From: an uncultured Bacteroidota bacterium
GTDB lineage: Bacteria; Bacteroidota; Bacteroidia; Chitinophagales; Chitinophagaceae
DNA length: 64,000 nucleotides
Direction of reading: 5' to 3'
Assembly: GCA_963745445.1 (NCBI GenBank)
Contig: CAVUXD010000004.1
Coordinates: 33,663 to 97,662 of the forward strand
Numbering within the stretch: position 1 is the stretch's first letter; each line of letters starts with the position of its first letter. The translations under genes were made by a program, and so were the position numbers. A model generated the notes under the pieces. That model ran no database searches. It worked only from the letters and a program-made list of their open reading frames with translations, and was not told where the DNA came from. This document shows, in pieces, positions 1-12,650 of the stretch.

Positions 1-164
1 TGAAAATAATGTTTGCAAAAAGGAATGAAAACGCTATTGCCTGCAGCAATAAATCCCCAGAAGAAAAAAACAGTGATCAATGTACTCAATGCACCGTAAT
101 TGGTCGGAATATTTCCTGAAGAAGAACTTGCTGCTGGTTTGCTAATGCCTATTGAGGTCGCCAT
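1..164 (-). CDS. sugar MFS transporter (FucP/GluP-like), N-terminal 54 codons only; the gene runs off the left edge
   Basis: A reverse-strand ATG at 162-164 opens MATSIGISKPAASSSSGNIPTNYGALSTLITVFFFWGFIAAGNSVFIPFCKHYF, which stays open to base 1. The TM1 pattern FFFWGF..N...IP is typical of fucose and glucose/galactose permeases. It is too short to appear in the ORF track. Confidence 0.55.
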   Translation of the reverse strand, partial: MATSIGISKPAASSSSGNIPTNYGALSTLITVFFFWGFIAAGNSVFIPFCKHYF

Positions 165-325
165 GTTGTGTTTGTTTTGTTCAAAAATATTCCCAAAATA
201 AACAGAATTTGCCAATGCAAAAATTTATTATCAAATCTGACAAGTTAGTGGGAATATTTATTGCTTCAAATTCATAGTTGGTCAATATAGATTAAGTTCT
301 TAATTTGACCGTTGGAGTTAAATCT

Positions 326-1760
326 ATGGAAATTATTCATGTTTCTGCGGAATGTTATCCTGTAGCCAAAGCAGGTGGTTTGGGTGATGTGGTAGGTGCA
401 TTGCCCAAATACCAGGCTGAGTTAGGTCATGTGGCCAAAGTGGTGATGCCCGATGTACCGTACAAAATTTTTGTATCAGAATCAATGGGAACTGGTTCAT
501 GAAGGCGGGCAGCAACTCGGCTCGCATTGGTTTCATTATAGTGTGATCAAAGAAAAAACACAATAAGCTTGGTTTTGATCTTTATCTTGATTGACATCAA
601 TGGCTTGCTTGACCGGGAAAAGATATATGGATATGATGACGATACTGAACGCTTCATTGCATTTCAGATTGCTGTTTGCGACTGGCTCAGCAAATGGGAG
701 CATAAACCCGATGTTATTCATTGCCACGATCATCATACCGGGCTTATTCCTTTCATGGTAAAATATTGTTTTGCCTTTAAGGACAAATTAGCTGATGTGC
801 CAACTGTATTTACCGTTCATAATGCACAATACCAGGGATGGATGGGTTGGGATAAATATTATTATATTCCTGCTTATGATTCCTGGAAATGGGGATTGCT
901 GGATTGGAAAAATAATATCAACCCAATGGCTTCAGCTGTAAAATGTGCCTGGAAAGTAACAACGGTCAGTCATAGTTATCTGGATGAACTAAAATATTCA
1001 GCAAATGGACTGGAAAATTTATTTGAATATGAAAGAGGAAAAAGCATGTGGTATTCTCAATGGAATTGATACAGATGTTTGGAATCCGGAGACGGATAAC
1101 TATCATCATAAAAAATTATGATAAGGAATTAGTGGATAAAGGAAAAAAGAAAAATAAAAAAGAAATGTGTGGTCAGTTTGGGCTTGATATCGAAAAACCA
1201 TTGATCGTTTTTATCGGAAGATTGGTGGGAGAGAAAGCTGCCGATCTTTTACCGGATGCCATCAGTCAATCTATTTACCAGCATCATGGCAATGCAAATT
1301 TTTTAGTACTGGGTTCCGGTGACCCTAATATCGAAGGACAATTGGATCATATGAAACATCAGTTCAGCGGATATTATAATTCTTATATCGGTTATAGCGA
1401 ACCATTGAGCCATCTGATCTATGCCGGCTCTGATTTTTTATTAATGCCAAGCCGTGTGGAACCTTGTGGCTTAAACCAGATGTATGCATTGCGATATGGA
1501 ACTGTACCAATGGTAAGAAGTGTAGGCGGATTAAAAGATACAGTAACCGATTTTGGCGATCCGAATGGATTTGGAATACGTTTTGATCAATGCCAAGTGT
1601 TGGCGATATTACTTATTCTGTGGGCCGGGCTATTGATCTTTATCAACAATAAACCGGAACTTTATACACTGGATGCGAGGTTATATGATGACATTGGATC
1701 ATTCATGGGATTCATCAGCACAAGCAGTATATTGATCTTTACCAATCACTGAAAGAATAA
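326..1760 (+). pseudogene. glgA: glycogen synthase (GT5), reading frame broken by at least 4 indels
   Basis: The fragments 305-502, 569-1069 and 1048-1752 plus short bridging frames join colinearly. Motifs: MEIIHVSAECYPVAKAGGLGDVVGALPK (KxGGL), HCHDHHTGLIP, GILNGIDTDVWNPETD (read in a shifted frame), PSRVEPCGLNQMYALRYGTVPMVRSVGGLKDTV. The tail ..DHSWDSSAQ..YIDLYQSLKE ends at the TAA at 1758-1760. Confidence 0.85.
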
Positions 1761-1887
1761 ACAGATGATCTTAAATTCGATTAAGCCAATGTAAATAATT
1801 TTGCCGGCTGTTTGAATTGTTACTATAAGACTTAACTTTATAAGCTTCGTTCTGAAAAAAACTACGTAAAATTTCTTTGATTCGTAA

Positions 1888-3240
1888 ATGTCATCTCTAG
1901 CAGAAGTATTGTAGCAGTCATATTGGGTGGTGGAGCCGGTTCAAGATTATATCCGCTGACAGCCAGCCGTTCCAAACCAGCCGTTCCTATTGCAGGTAAA
2001 TACCGGTTGGTTGATATTCCTATTTCCAATTGTATGCAATTGCGGGATCAGCCGCATGTTTGTCTTGACACAATTCAATTCAGCTTCGCTTAACCGGCAT
2101 ATCAAAAACACTTATCATTTCAGTGCATTCAGTTCAGCATTTGTTGATATTCTTGCTGCGGAACAAACACCTGATAACCCAACCTGGTACCAGGGTACTG
2201 CTGATGCGGTGCGGCAGGGTCTGCGCCATATTGATCCATTTGCAAGCGATTATGTTCTGATTCTTTCCGGCGACCAGTTGTACCAGATGGATTTTCAGGA
2301 AATGCTGGATAATCATAAACAATCAGGAGCTGATATTTCTATTGCTACAATTCCGTGTCGACGAAAGAGATGCTCCTGATTTTGGCATCATGAAGAAAAA
2401 TGAAGAAGGATTTATTACTTCTTTTATTGAAAAACCCAAAAAAGATTTATTGGCTGATTGGATCAGCGATACCGGTGAAGAAATGAAAAAGCACGGGAAA
2501 GTTTATCTTGCTTCCATGGGCATTTATATTTTCAACCGGAAGTTCTCTTTGATTTTTTGCTGAATGAAAACCAGGAGTCAACTGATTTTGGAAAAGAGAT
2601 CATTCCGCAATCCATTGAAAAATACAAAGTAGCAAGTTACCAGTATGAAGGCTACTGGACTGATATCGGAAATATTTATTCTTTTTTTGAAGCCAATCTT
2701 GGCTTGACAAAAGATATTCCTGAATTTAATTTATTTGATAACGAACAAGCCATTTATACCCGTGCCCGTATGCTTCCACCAGCTAAAATCAGCGGTACTA
2801 CATTGGAAAAAACACTGATTGCAGAAGGCTCTATTATTAATGCTTCGCGAATTGAACATAGTGTGATCGGTATCCGTTCACGGATTGGGCATGGCTCTAC
2901 AATTGTCAGCACTTATATTATGGGAAATGATTCTTATGAAACGCTGGAGGATATTGCTCATGAGCAGAACAGAAGGCATATTCCATTACTGGGTATTGGC
3001 AGTCGTTGTTATATTAAAAATGCAATTATTGATAAAGATTGCCGCATTGGTGATGATGTCCGAATCAATGGCGGGCACCACTTGGAAAATACTGATCATC
3101 CTCTTTACACTGTCAAAGATGGAATCGTGGTAGTAAAAAAAGGATCGATTATTCCTAATGGGTTTGTGATACAAGAATCATGTCATAATAATTTTTGCAG
3201 ACTTCTAGATTCTATAGAAATCTTATCTTCGATTTCATAA
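1888..3240 (+). pseudogene. glgC: glucose-1-phosphate adenylyltransferase, at least 4 frameshifts
   Basis: The ATG at 1888 is followed, in a shifted frame, by [40 protein letters not shown]. Further fragments are 1990-2379 ([38 protein letters not shown]), 2342-2563 and 2557-3240 (YEGYWTDIGNIYSFFEANL, then a left-handed beta-helix tail). The true stop may be slightly upstream of 3240. Confidence 0.85.
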
Positions 3241-3309
3241 TGTGTACTTTTTACATAATCAGTTGCTATCTTCCCTTATATGCTCATTTGTGTCATTTAA
3301 CGATTGCAT

Positions 3310-4677
3310 ATGTCAACAGCTTATACACGGAATTAAACCAAAACTCAGCCTTGGTTCAGATCATCAACATGAGTGTTGGTTTTTTTGGAATCCAGTTCGG
3401 ATGGGATCTCCAAAGAGCTAACATGGGTCGTATTTATGAAAACCTTGGCGCCAATCCTGACCAAATCCCTCTCTTATTTTTAGCAGCACCACTTACAGGA
3501 CTTTTGGTACAGCCTATTATTGGTTACATGAGTGACAGAACATGGCATCCAAAATGGGGAAGAAGAAGACCATACTTTATGATCGGCGCGATACTTAGTT
3601 CAATTGCTTTAATATTTATGCCGCATAGCAGTACACTTGTTCATGGCGGCGGGTTTGCTTTGGGTAATGGATGTTTTTGGAAATGTTTCTATGGAACCAT
3701 TCCGTGCATTTGTAACAGATAAACTTCCTGATGCACAGGTGAATCGTGGATTTATTATGCAAAGTTTTATGATCGGGTTAGGTGGAAGTATTGCTTCTGC
3801 ATTGCCGTGGATGTTTAAAAATATTTTTCATTTTGAAAATACCGCAGTAAAAGGATCGATTCCTGAAAATGTAAAACTGTCATTTTACATCGGTGCTTTC
3901 TTTTTCCTTTCAGCAGTTATTATATACTGTATTTACATCAAAAGAATATCCGCCATCAGATCTTGAGTTATAAGGATAAAGTAAAAGAATCGAACAAAGG
4001 TTTTGGAGGCGGCGCAAAAGAAATTTTAGGTGCATTGACAAATATGCCGAAGCGAATGAGAATTGTTTCGCTGATGCAGTTTTTTACCTGGCCCGGACTT
4101 TTCTTAATGTGGTTTTATTATACCACTGCAGTTGCTGTAAATGTTTTTCATGGTAAAAATGCAAGCGATCCTGTTTATGCATGAGGGAGCAGATTTTGGA
4201 AGTTTGACATTAGCTTATTACAGTGTTGTCACTTTTTTATTTGCTTTGATATTACCTTTTATTGCGGACAAATTGGGAAGAAAATTGACTCATTCGTCTA
4301 TGTCTTGCTATGTGGAGGCATTGGATTGATCAGTGTGAGTTGGGTAACAAATAAATATATGTTGTATGGGTGCATGACGTGTGTGGGAATTGCATGGGCA
4401 AGTATTTTGTCAATGCCCTATGCAATGCTTAGTGGCTCGTTACCGAAAGATAAAGTAGGAATTTACATGGGTATTTTTAATTTTTTTATTGTACTGCCGG
4501 AGATCATTGCTTCATTAGGTTTTGGATGGCTGATGAAAAATGTTTTGCATAATGATCGTTTGCTTGGCAGTCGAAATCGGAGGCGGAATGATGATTTTCG
4601 CAGCATTGGTTTGTTATATTTTTATCAAAGAAAAAAAATTAGCAACTGAAGATGAAACGGTAACTATCAACACTTGA
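3310..4677 (+). pseudogene. MFS/GPH-type (SLC45-like) sugar:H+ symporter, at least 5 frameshifts
   Basis: Fragments 3195-3722, 3637-3966, 3963-4184, 4141-4329 and 4305-4649 are all hydrophobic and colinear. Motifs: INMSVGFFGIQFGWDLQRANM, PIIGYMSDRTWHPKWGRRRPYFMIGA. The tail in a shifted frame, ..AVEIGGGMMIFAALVCYIFIKEKKLATEDETVTINT, ends at the TGA at 4675-4677. The position between glgC and the amylase suggests a maltodextrin or sucrose-type substrate. Confidence 0.7.
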
Positions 4678-4706
4678 AATTCGTGAAGAACGTTCAGTAT
4701 AATGTT

Positions 4707-6590
4707 ATGAAAAAACTATTCTTATTTATTGTTTGGCTTGCTTCTCATTGGCAAATTATTCTCGCAAAACGAAAAAGTAAATATTTATCCAACCAATTGG
4801 TGGGTGGGTATGAAATGGAACCATGTGCAATTGATGGTTCACAGCCCTGGATTAAAAACTTCTGTAAAGAATGCAGAGATCAATTATCCCGGTGTACAAT
4901 TAGTAAAAGTGAACCGGGTAGAAAGTCCCAATTATCTTTTTTTGGATCTGAATATTGCAACTAATGCGAAAGCCGGGATTGTTAAAATAAAATTCAACCG
5001 CATCAATTATCAACCGCTTTGGGTGAATTATCAATTGAAGTCTAAAGACAAAAATGATGGCAAATCAAAAGTGCTGGGAGTAACTTCAAAAGATCTCATT
5101 TATTTGTTGATGCCCGATCGTTTTGCAAACGGCGATACCTCCAACGATTTTTTTGCAGACATGAGAGATACTGGTCATGACCGTAAGAATCCATTCGATC
5201 GCCATGGCGGCGATCTGCAGGGAGTGATGGATCATCTTGATTATTTAAAAGACTTAGGCATTACGACAATATGGATGACACCGGTTGTAGAGAATGACAT
5301 GGCAAGAACGCAGGAAGGCAGAGCTTCCCGAAGCACCTATCACGGATATGCGATCACGGATCAATACAATGTGGACAAGCGATTTGGCGGAAATGAACTT
5401 TACAAAAGAATGGTGGAGGCTTCTCATGCAAAAGGATTGAAAGTAATGCAGGATGCTGTGTACAATCATGTGGGCATTGATCATTGGTTCATTCGTGATA
5501 TGCCGATGAAAGATTGGGTGAACCAATGGCCGAAATACACGAATAGTTCTTACCGTGATATGCCGCTGGTAGATCCGTACGCATCGAAATATGATAAAGA
5601 ACTTTCTGTGAACGGATGGTTCACGCCTTTCATGCCTGATCTGAATCAGCGTAATCCCTATGTTGCGAATTTCCTGATCCAATATGCCATCTGGGCTCGG
5701 AAGAATTTGGAATTGATGGGTGGAGAGTAGATACCTACTTTTACAGTGATTCATTATTTCTGAATAAGATCAATGATGCGCTGATCCAGGAATTTCCCAA
5801 GCTGTCACAGTTTTTGGCGAAGTATGGGTGCAAAGTGTGTTGAACAGCGCTTATTTCTCTCAAAATAATTTGAACATTCCTTTCAAACACAACCTGCAGG
5901 GTGTTACGGATTTCTCATTGCATTTTGCAATGATGGATGGCTTAATGAACCATTCGGATGGGACAGATGGCATAAATAAAGTTTATATGCACTGGCACAG
6001 GATATTGCTTATAAAGATCCCAACCGGAATTGTATTTTCCTGGATAATCATGATCTCGATAGGTTCTATTCAGTGATAGGAGAGGATTTTGATAAATTCA
6101 AAATGGCGAATCAACTGGCTGCTCACTTTGAGCGGAATTCCTGAGATGTATTATGGCACAGAAATACTAATGAAAAATTTTAAAAATCCTTCTGACGCAG
6201 CAGTACGGGAAGATTTTCCCGGAGGCTGGCCAGGCGACTCTGTGAATAAATTTCTTGCTTCGGGCAGAACGGAACAAGAGAACGAAGCATTTAATTATAT
6301 AAGCAAGCTGGCGCATTTTCGGAAAACATCTTCAGCTATTACCGGCGGACACCTGATGCAATATGTTCCTGTGAATGGCGTATATGTGTATTTCCGATAC
6401 GATGCAAAACAAACTATTATGGTCATCAGCAATACCGGTACAAATTCAATGAACATGGATTGGGATCGTTATTCAGAAAGAGTAAAGGAATTTACAAAAA
6501 TGCGAAATGTGATCACTAGACGAAGTGCAACCATTAAATGGTTTTGAAATAAAACCAAAGGAAAGTTTTGTATTTGAGTTGTTGAAATAA
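4707..6590 (+). pseudogene. GH13 alpha-amylase/cyclomaltodextrinase-type enzyme with signal peptide, at least 4 frameshifts
   Basis: MKKLFLFI.. starts at 4707. The 4729-5730 fragment carries a Cyc-maltodextrinase-like N-domain, then DRFANGD, HGGDLQG, YHGYAITD and GH13 region I DAVYNHVG. Region II (GWRVDT-like) and region IV (FLDNHDL) are readable only in shifted frames. The 6089-6547 fragment holds IPEMYYGTEI. The tail ..LNGFEIKPKESFVFELLK ends at the TAA at 6588-6590. Confidence 0.8.
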
Positions 6591-6602
6591 TATAGCAGAC
6601 CA

Positions 6603-7350
6603 CTACGTTATAAGAATAGTTGCCAGATAAGTCCGTTGAATATAGCTTCCACCGCCCCATCCAGAAGTTGCTTTTTTGACTGTTTCCTTAAGTCAGAAGC
6701 TTTTTTCTTTTTTCCTTTGTCGGGTGCTATTTTAGCAGCAGTATCACAGCCGTTCAACTCAACTTTGGTCAGCGATCCAACTGGTGTACATTCTTGGAAT
6801 GGTGATGCCGAGTATCATCCCGGGCAAACCATGAATTCCCATCGGTCCTCCTGGCGCAGTGATCTCATCTGTATAAAAAGCAAAAACATACACACTGTCG
6901 AAAATTATGGCTTGTGCTTTCCGGCAATTGAAACCAGCTATCTCCCTGGTCTCATTGCGGCACCATCTTCCATTGAATATTCATTAGCGAATCCTGTCAG
7001 CAGGTAAGTGTCCCCAAATACATTTTTTTGATCCGCAAAAGTTTGAGATGAGTAATCGCTGAACCAGATATTATCTTCATGAGAATTGCCTATAAAAGAA
7101 GGAACTTTGGTTTTTTCATCCATGCGGCTCAAATTTATAAATGGCTTTATTGTTTTCGAAAGTAAGGTCATACCAGAAAACCGAAAATGCGGGCACCTTA
7201 TCCTGTATCATTTGCCCCCACGAATTATCACCAAGTGACTTTAATTATTCACCCTGGACCTCAAACTCAACCAATCCACTTACTGATGAATTGTTGCGCT
7301 TGGGCAAAACCGCAAAGGCAAATGGTAGCAAGAAGAAATATTTTTTTCAT
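6603..7350 (-). pseudogene. GLPGLI family protein (Bacteroidota-specific), heavily frameshifted
   Basis: A reverse ATG at 7348-7350 opens the signal peptide MKKIFLLATICLCGFAQAQ. A downstream shifted frame reads ..APGGPMGIHGLPGMILGI.., the family signature GLPG(L/M)I. It lies directly downstream of the outer-membrane barrel, which is the usual partner arrangement. Confidence 0.5.
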
Positions 7351-7365
7351 AATCAATTTTTTTAC

Positions 7366-10141
7366 CTAAAGCACTACCGGTTTCCCATTTTTTGAAATAT
7401 TCCAGGTTAGTGTCAGCAGCCAGAACCTGCGCAAAGTATTATAGTAAGATTCGGTAAAACTATAGCTGTTAAAGTTCCGGTTATAACCTTTGTTTTGATC
7501 AAGAATATCATACAAGACCCAATTTAATTTCAAGGCATTATCTTTAAGCATCCGTTTCGTTATAGATGCATTCCAGGTTAGTATAATTGGAGTTCTGCGA
7601 GAACCGGGGATCCTTTCTGACGTAAGCTGAACATTTATAGTCGGTATTTAATTCAAAATTATGCGGCAAATTTACACTGCCACTTCCATAGCCATCTAAT
7701 CTGACCAATAATCAGCATTGGCAGAAGAATTCACAGATGCCACAGAATGATTCCAGGTAAAAATAAGGGCCAACATTAAAGTTGTACTTATTTTCAACAT
7801 ATTTACTCAACCCACACTGCAGACCATAGCTGCTTGTGTTTGTCAACATCCCGGACACCATTTATAAAATCAATATTTCTGCTTATTCGGCGGAAGGACC
7901 AAAGACCAAATTAAGTCTTGATTTGGTTATGGTGAAATTATAACTGCTGTTGATGGAAATTCAGTTATAAATTCCGCTTGCATTAACCGTTTGATATATT
8001 CTTCTTCCAAAATTATCCACTGTATTTGATTGCACAAAAGCATTTTGAGTCAGGTTGGCAAAAACGCTTGAAAAAAACCATTGTTGCTTTAAGACATTAT
8101 TAAAATTATATGATGTACTGATGGTATGCCGGAAAGATTGTTTCAGATCCGGATTGCCGACATAAATATTCAACGGATCGGTATTTACTACAGTTGGTTG
8201 CAATTGCTCCAGCGAAGGAGCATTCGATGAGCCATTATAGTAAAGGCGTATGTTTTGATTGGACTTCATTTTGATCTGAACATTTGCCTGGGGATAAAAA
8301 TTGGTGAAGTTGTAATTGTATTTATTGCCGGTCGTGATATTGTTCTGAACATAATGATTAAGCCCGACAGAGCTTCCAAATGAAAAATTATATTTCTTCT
8401 TATTTAGTCTGAAATTGATACCCGGAGTATTTACGAACTGGTTAAACACAAAAGAATTGGAAAGTGAGTCAATAGGCGATTCATATTTTCCGTTAATGTC
8501 TTTCACATTGGTGATGCGGTCATTGCTATTATTATTATAAGCTAGATAGAATAGTCAACCTCAAGATAAGCGTCTTTAGTGAGCGGTTCTGTGTAAGCGA
8601 TTTTTGTAGAAATACTTTTAGCCTCATTATCCTGGATATTTTGTTGATCAGTTGTATCTCTTTCACTGAGGATGCCGCCGGATATAATAATTGTTGAGCG
8701 AATAAAGTAATCCGGTGTTTTTGGTCTCGGTACCAGTTAAAGTTGGTATTGATCGAAAGTGTTCTGGAAAATCTTCTTGAACTTATGACTGCCATAAAAG
8801 GTTGGAGGTAACGTTGTTTTTATCAGAATTATTGTTGCTGTTTCTCGTACTGTTATTGATAAACTGTAAAGAATCATTAAGCGTTTCGCTATAATAATTT
8901 GACGATGTTTTTCCTGAGTTATTGTTGAATTGGCGGTCCACTTCAGTGAATTCATCGAATCAAGTGTTGATTCTACGATTACATTGTATGCATGTTTGTT
9001 GGTAGAAGAAAATTTATTACTATTAGTATTAGTTGACCAACTGGTATCCGGTAAAAAGGTTTGGGAATAAGTAGTATGTAATTCCTTGGCATTTACTTTT
9101 AGAAAATTTATAACTGGAATTCAGGCTCAGTTTATCACCATTAAATTTATTGCTGTAATGAAGGCCGCCGTTCCAGTTTTGCGGTATACCGTTGTCTTTC
9201 ACTTATTATAATCTCCGCCACCTCGGTAATATAAATGCCGCCATCATCCGATACTTGCACATTGTCTGAACCACCTCCGTAGTTTTGTGCATCTTGCCAG
9301 TCAAGATTAGTTTGTCCCGTATTACTCATAATGCCGTAGGCAGCTAATTTTCGCTTCGCTTTAAAAGAGTTGATCATGGCATCATTATTAAATTTATTCT
9401 TTAAACCACCCGCCACTTCCACTTTACCAAAATATCCTTTCATCTTTTTCATCTTCAGGTTAATGGTTTTGTCTTTCACTCCATCATCAATGCCCGTAAA
9501 TTCTGCCTGGTCGCTTTTTTTATCAAATACCTGCACTTCTTTTACTGCATCTGCACGAAGATTTTTTGTAGCAATACCCGGATCGCTTCCAAAAAATTCT
9601 TCTCCATCCACCAAAACTTTTGTCACCTTTTCACCCATAGCTGTTATCTGTCCATTTTTATCCACCTGTATGCCGGGCAATCGCCGAAGCAATTCTTCCA
9701 CATTTGCACCGGGTCTCACTTTAAAACTATCAGCGGTATAAACTGTTGTATCACCTTTAATCCGGATGGGTGCTCCGTTCTTGATAATGACTTCCTGGCC
9801 AATAGTTTGCTTTTTGGAATCAGGTAAACTTGCCCAAGATCAGTAACATTATTTTCCTTTGCTTCAATTTCATCAAAATAATCTCCCATATACGGATGAG
9901 TAATCATCAGAATATATTTACCTGCTTTTAAACCATTTAAATTAAAATTACCATCCTTATCACGCACGGGTAAACTTTATCAGTATGGAATCATTTCGGT
10001 TGAAGCAAGGCCACAACGGAATTGACAAGATTTCTTTTTTCAACTGAATCTGTGACAGTACCTTTAATGGAAGAGGATTGAGCGAAGCAGGCAAAAGAAA
10101 TTGAAAAAGATCAGTAGCAGCAGTACAATCAGTTTTTTCAT
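7366..10141 (-). pseudogene. outer-membrane beta-barrel / TonB-dependent-receptor-like protein (CarboxypepD_reg + plug + barrel), at least 8 frameshifts
   Basis: A reverse start near 10139-10141 opens MKKLIVLLLLIFF. Fragment 9716-9967 (DKDGNFNLNGLKAGKYILMITHPYMGDY) is the carboxypeptidase-regulatory fold. Fragment 9147-9719 (VEELLRRLPGIQVDKNGQITAMGEKVTKVLVDGEEFFGSDP) is the plug. Fragments 8737-8955, 8535-8795, 7961-8506 and 7366-7551 are Asn/Tyr/Ser-rich barrel strands. Confidence 0.7.
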
Positions 10142-10282
10142 GTTGGTAAGGGAGGTTGGTTATGGTTTAATGATTGGTGTGTTCCCATTTCACAGGTAGA
10201 GCTATGGTACGAAGGTCTTCATAATCCCGAAAAACCCTGTTACCATTCATGTAATTTTACGTTAAAGATTTTATAGATAATT

Positions 10283-12327
10283 ATGACTATGACACAACCA
10301 CGAAAAAAATCCATAAACAAATCGAGGAATATTTCTGAAAAAAACATCAGCAGATGCAATAGCAGAACTGGATCCTGCTCCGGAAAAATACGAGGAGATT
10401 AATTTTGTGGATACAAGTCAAAACCGGTTTGGAATTATTCTTTACTGACGGATGAAGATGTTAGAAATTATCAACAAGGGACCAATTACAGTCTTTACAA
10501 AAAATTTGGTTCACATTCCATACAGGTAAATGATGCATGGGGAATGTATTTCTGTGTTTGGGCACCTAATGCCACTTCAGTTTCTGTTACAGGTAATTTC
10601 AATGACTGGAAAAAAAATGAATATGAATTGTTTCCCCGATGGGATAAAAGCGGTATCTGGGAAGGATTTATTCCACATTTCAAATTAGGCGAAGCTTATA
10701 AATATCATATTATTGGTTATCAAAGGAAGAGAAATGGATAAAGGTGATCCCTTTGCCAATTTTTGGGAGAAAAGACCACAAACGGCTTCCATTACCTGGG
10801 ATATGTATTATGAATGGAAGGATGAAGAATGGATGAAGAAAAGAAAAAAACATAATTCACTTGAATGCACCATGGAGTGTTTATGAAGTGCACCTGGCCA
10901 GCTGGCAACGTCCCGATAAAAATGATGAAGAGACGATATAATACTTATGATCAGATAAGGGAACGATTAGTTCCTTATGTAAAAGAAATGGGATTTACTC
11001 ATGTGGAATTGATGCCGGTGATGGAACATCCCTTTGATGGAAGCTGGGGTTATCAGTGCACCGGTTTTTTTGCAGCCACATCAAGGTTTGGCGATCCGCA
11101 GGGATTGATGCGATTGATTGATGCTTTTCACCAGGAAGGAATTGGTGTCATTCTGGATTGGGTGCCTTCGCATTTTCCTTATGATGCACATGGATTGTTC
11201 ATGTTTGATGGTACGCATACCTATGAATATGCAGATATGCGTAAAGGATTTCATCCCGGATTGGAACAGTTATATTTTTAATTATAAAAGAGGAGAAGTA
11301 AAATCATTTCTGATCAGCAGTGCCAGTTTCTGGTTTGATATGTTTCATATTGATGGTATTCGTGTGGATGCTGTTTCCTCCATGCTCAAATTGAATTATT
11401 CAAGAGAAGAAGGGGAATGGGAACCGAATGAATTTGGTGGCAATGGAAACCTGGAAGCCATTGCTTTTATCAAAGATCTGAATGAAACTATTTACCGTGA
11501 TTTTCCGGATGTGCAAACCATTGCGGAAGAAGCAACCGACTGGCCGGGTGTTTCAAGACCTACCTGGCAGGATGGTCTTGGGTTTTGGTATGAAATGGAT
11601 GATGGGATGGATGCATGATACACTGGATTATTTTAAAATGGATCCATTGTTCCGGCAGTTTCACCAGGATAAATTTTCATTCAGCATGATGTATTACTAT
11701 GATGAAAATTTTATGCTGCCGCTGAGTCATGATGAAGTAGTGCATGGCAAAAGCCCGATGATCTATAAAATGCCCGGTGATGAATGGCAGAAATTTGCCA
11801 ACCTGCGTTTGCTGTATACCTATATGTGGACACATCCCGGGGGTAAATTATTGTTCATGGGAAATGAATTTGGACAAACAACTGAATGGAATTATAAATC
11901 AGAATTGGATTGGGATTTGTTTCAATTTGATTGTCATCGCTTAATGAAAGATTGTGTGGCTGATCTGAATAAATTATTACAAATCAGAACCGGCTTTGTA
12001 TGAAAACCAGTTTAATATTTATGGATTTGAATGGGTTGATCTGAACCACCGGGCAGAAACAGTGATTGTTTATAAAAGAAAAGGAAAGAAAAAAGCGATG
12101 ATCTGCTGGTGATTCTGAATATGACACCAGTGGTGCGAAATGATTGGGAGATTGAAGTGTCCGGTAAAAATTTTTTCAAAGAGATTTTTAATAGTGATAC
12201 CAAAAAATATTGGGGAACCGGTACTGTTTTTAATCCGGATATTCGCTCTGAGTTGATCGATCAAGAACAGAAGACTTATAAAATTACTCTCAATTTACCC
12301 GCATTGTCTGCTATTGTTTTGAAATAG
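10283..12327 (+). pseudogene. glgB: 1,4-alpha-glucan branching enzyme (GH13_9), at least 6 frameshifts
   Basis: Colinear fragments 10544-10741 (YFCVWAPNATSVSVTGNFNDW), 10865-11281 ([34 protein letters not shown]), 11118-11618 ([25 protein letters not shown]), 11482-12003 ([12 protein letters not shown]) and 12109-12327. Confidence 0.88.
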
Positions 12328-12650
12328 TATTTTATTCAAGAAAACAGGCATTTTTCAAGCAAATCCTTCTTGCAGAAAAACACTTAAAAACGCAGATTTT
12401 TACGCATTTTAAACAATATAAAACAGGGTAATAAACGTTTATGCAAATGGAATAGAAGCATTTGTAAAAGAGAGGTTGAAAATTTCAGATGACCCCTTGA
12501 TTCTGAGCATAGTTAGTTCTATATTTCGAAATTCACTGTATGTTGGTTGACCCTGCTATAGTGAATTGGAAAACCTGATTAGTAAATCTTGATAACTAAC
12601 TATCTTTTGAAGCATAACCTATCATACACCTTTTTTTAAATCCATACCCT

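Noticed and set aside
12330-12650. tRNA or other small RNA genes in the larger intergenic gaps (also 23057-23335, 25130-25520, 30103-30570 and 60270-60850)
   Set aside because: No cloverleaf-compatible segment (acceptor stem, T-loop GTTCRANNC) or rRNA-like sequence was recognised. This was a by-eye scan only, so tRNAscan-SE/Infernal should confirm it.
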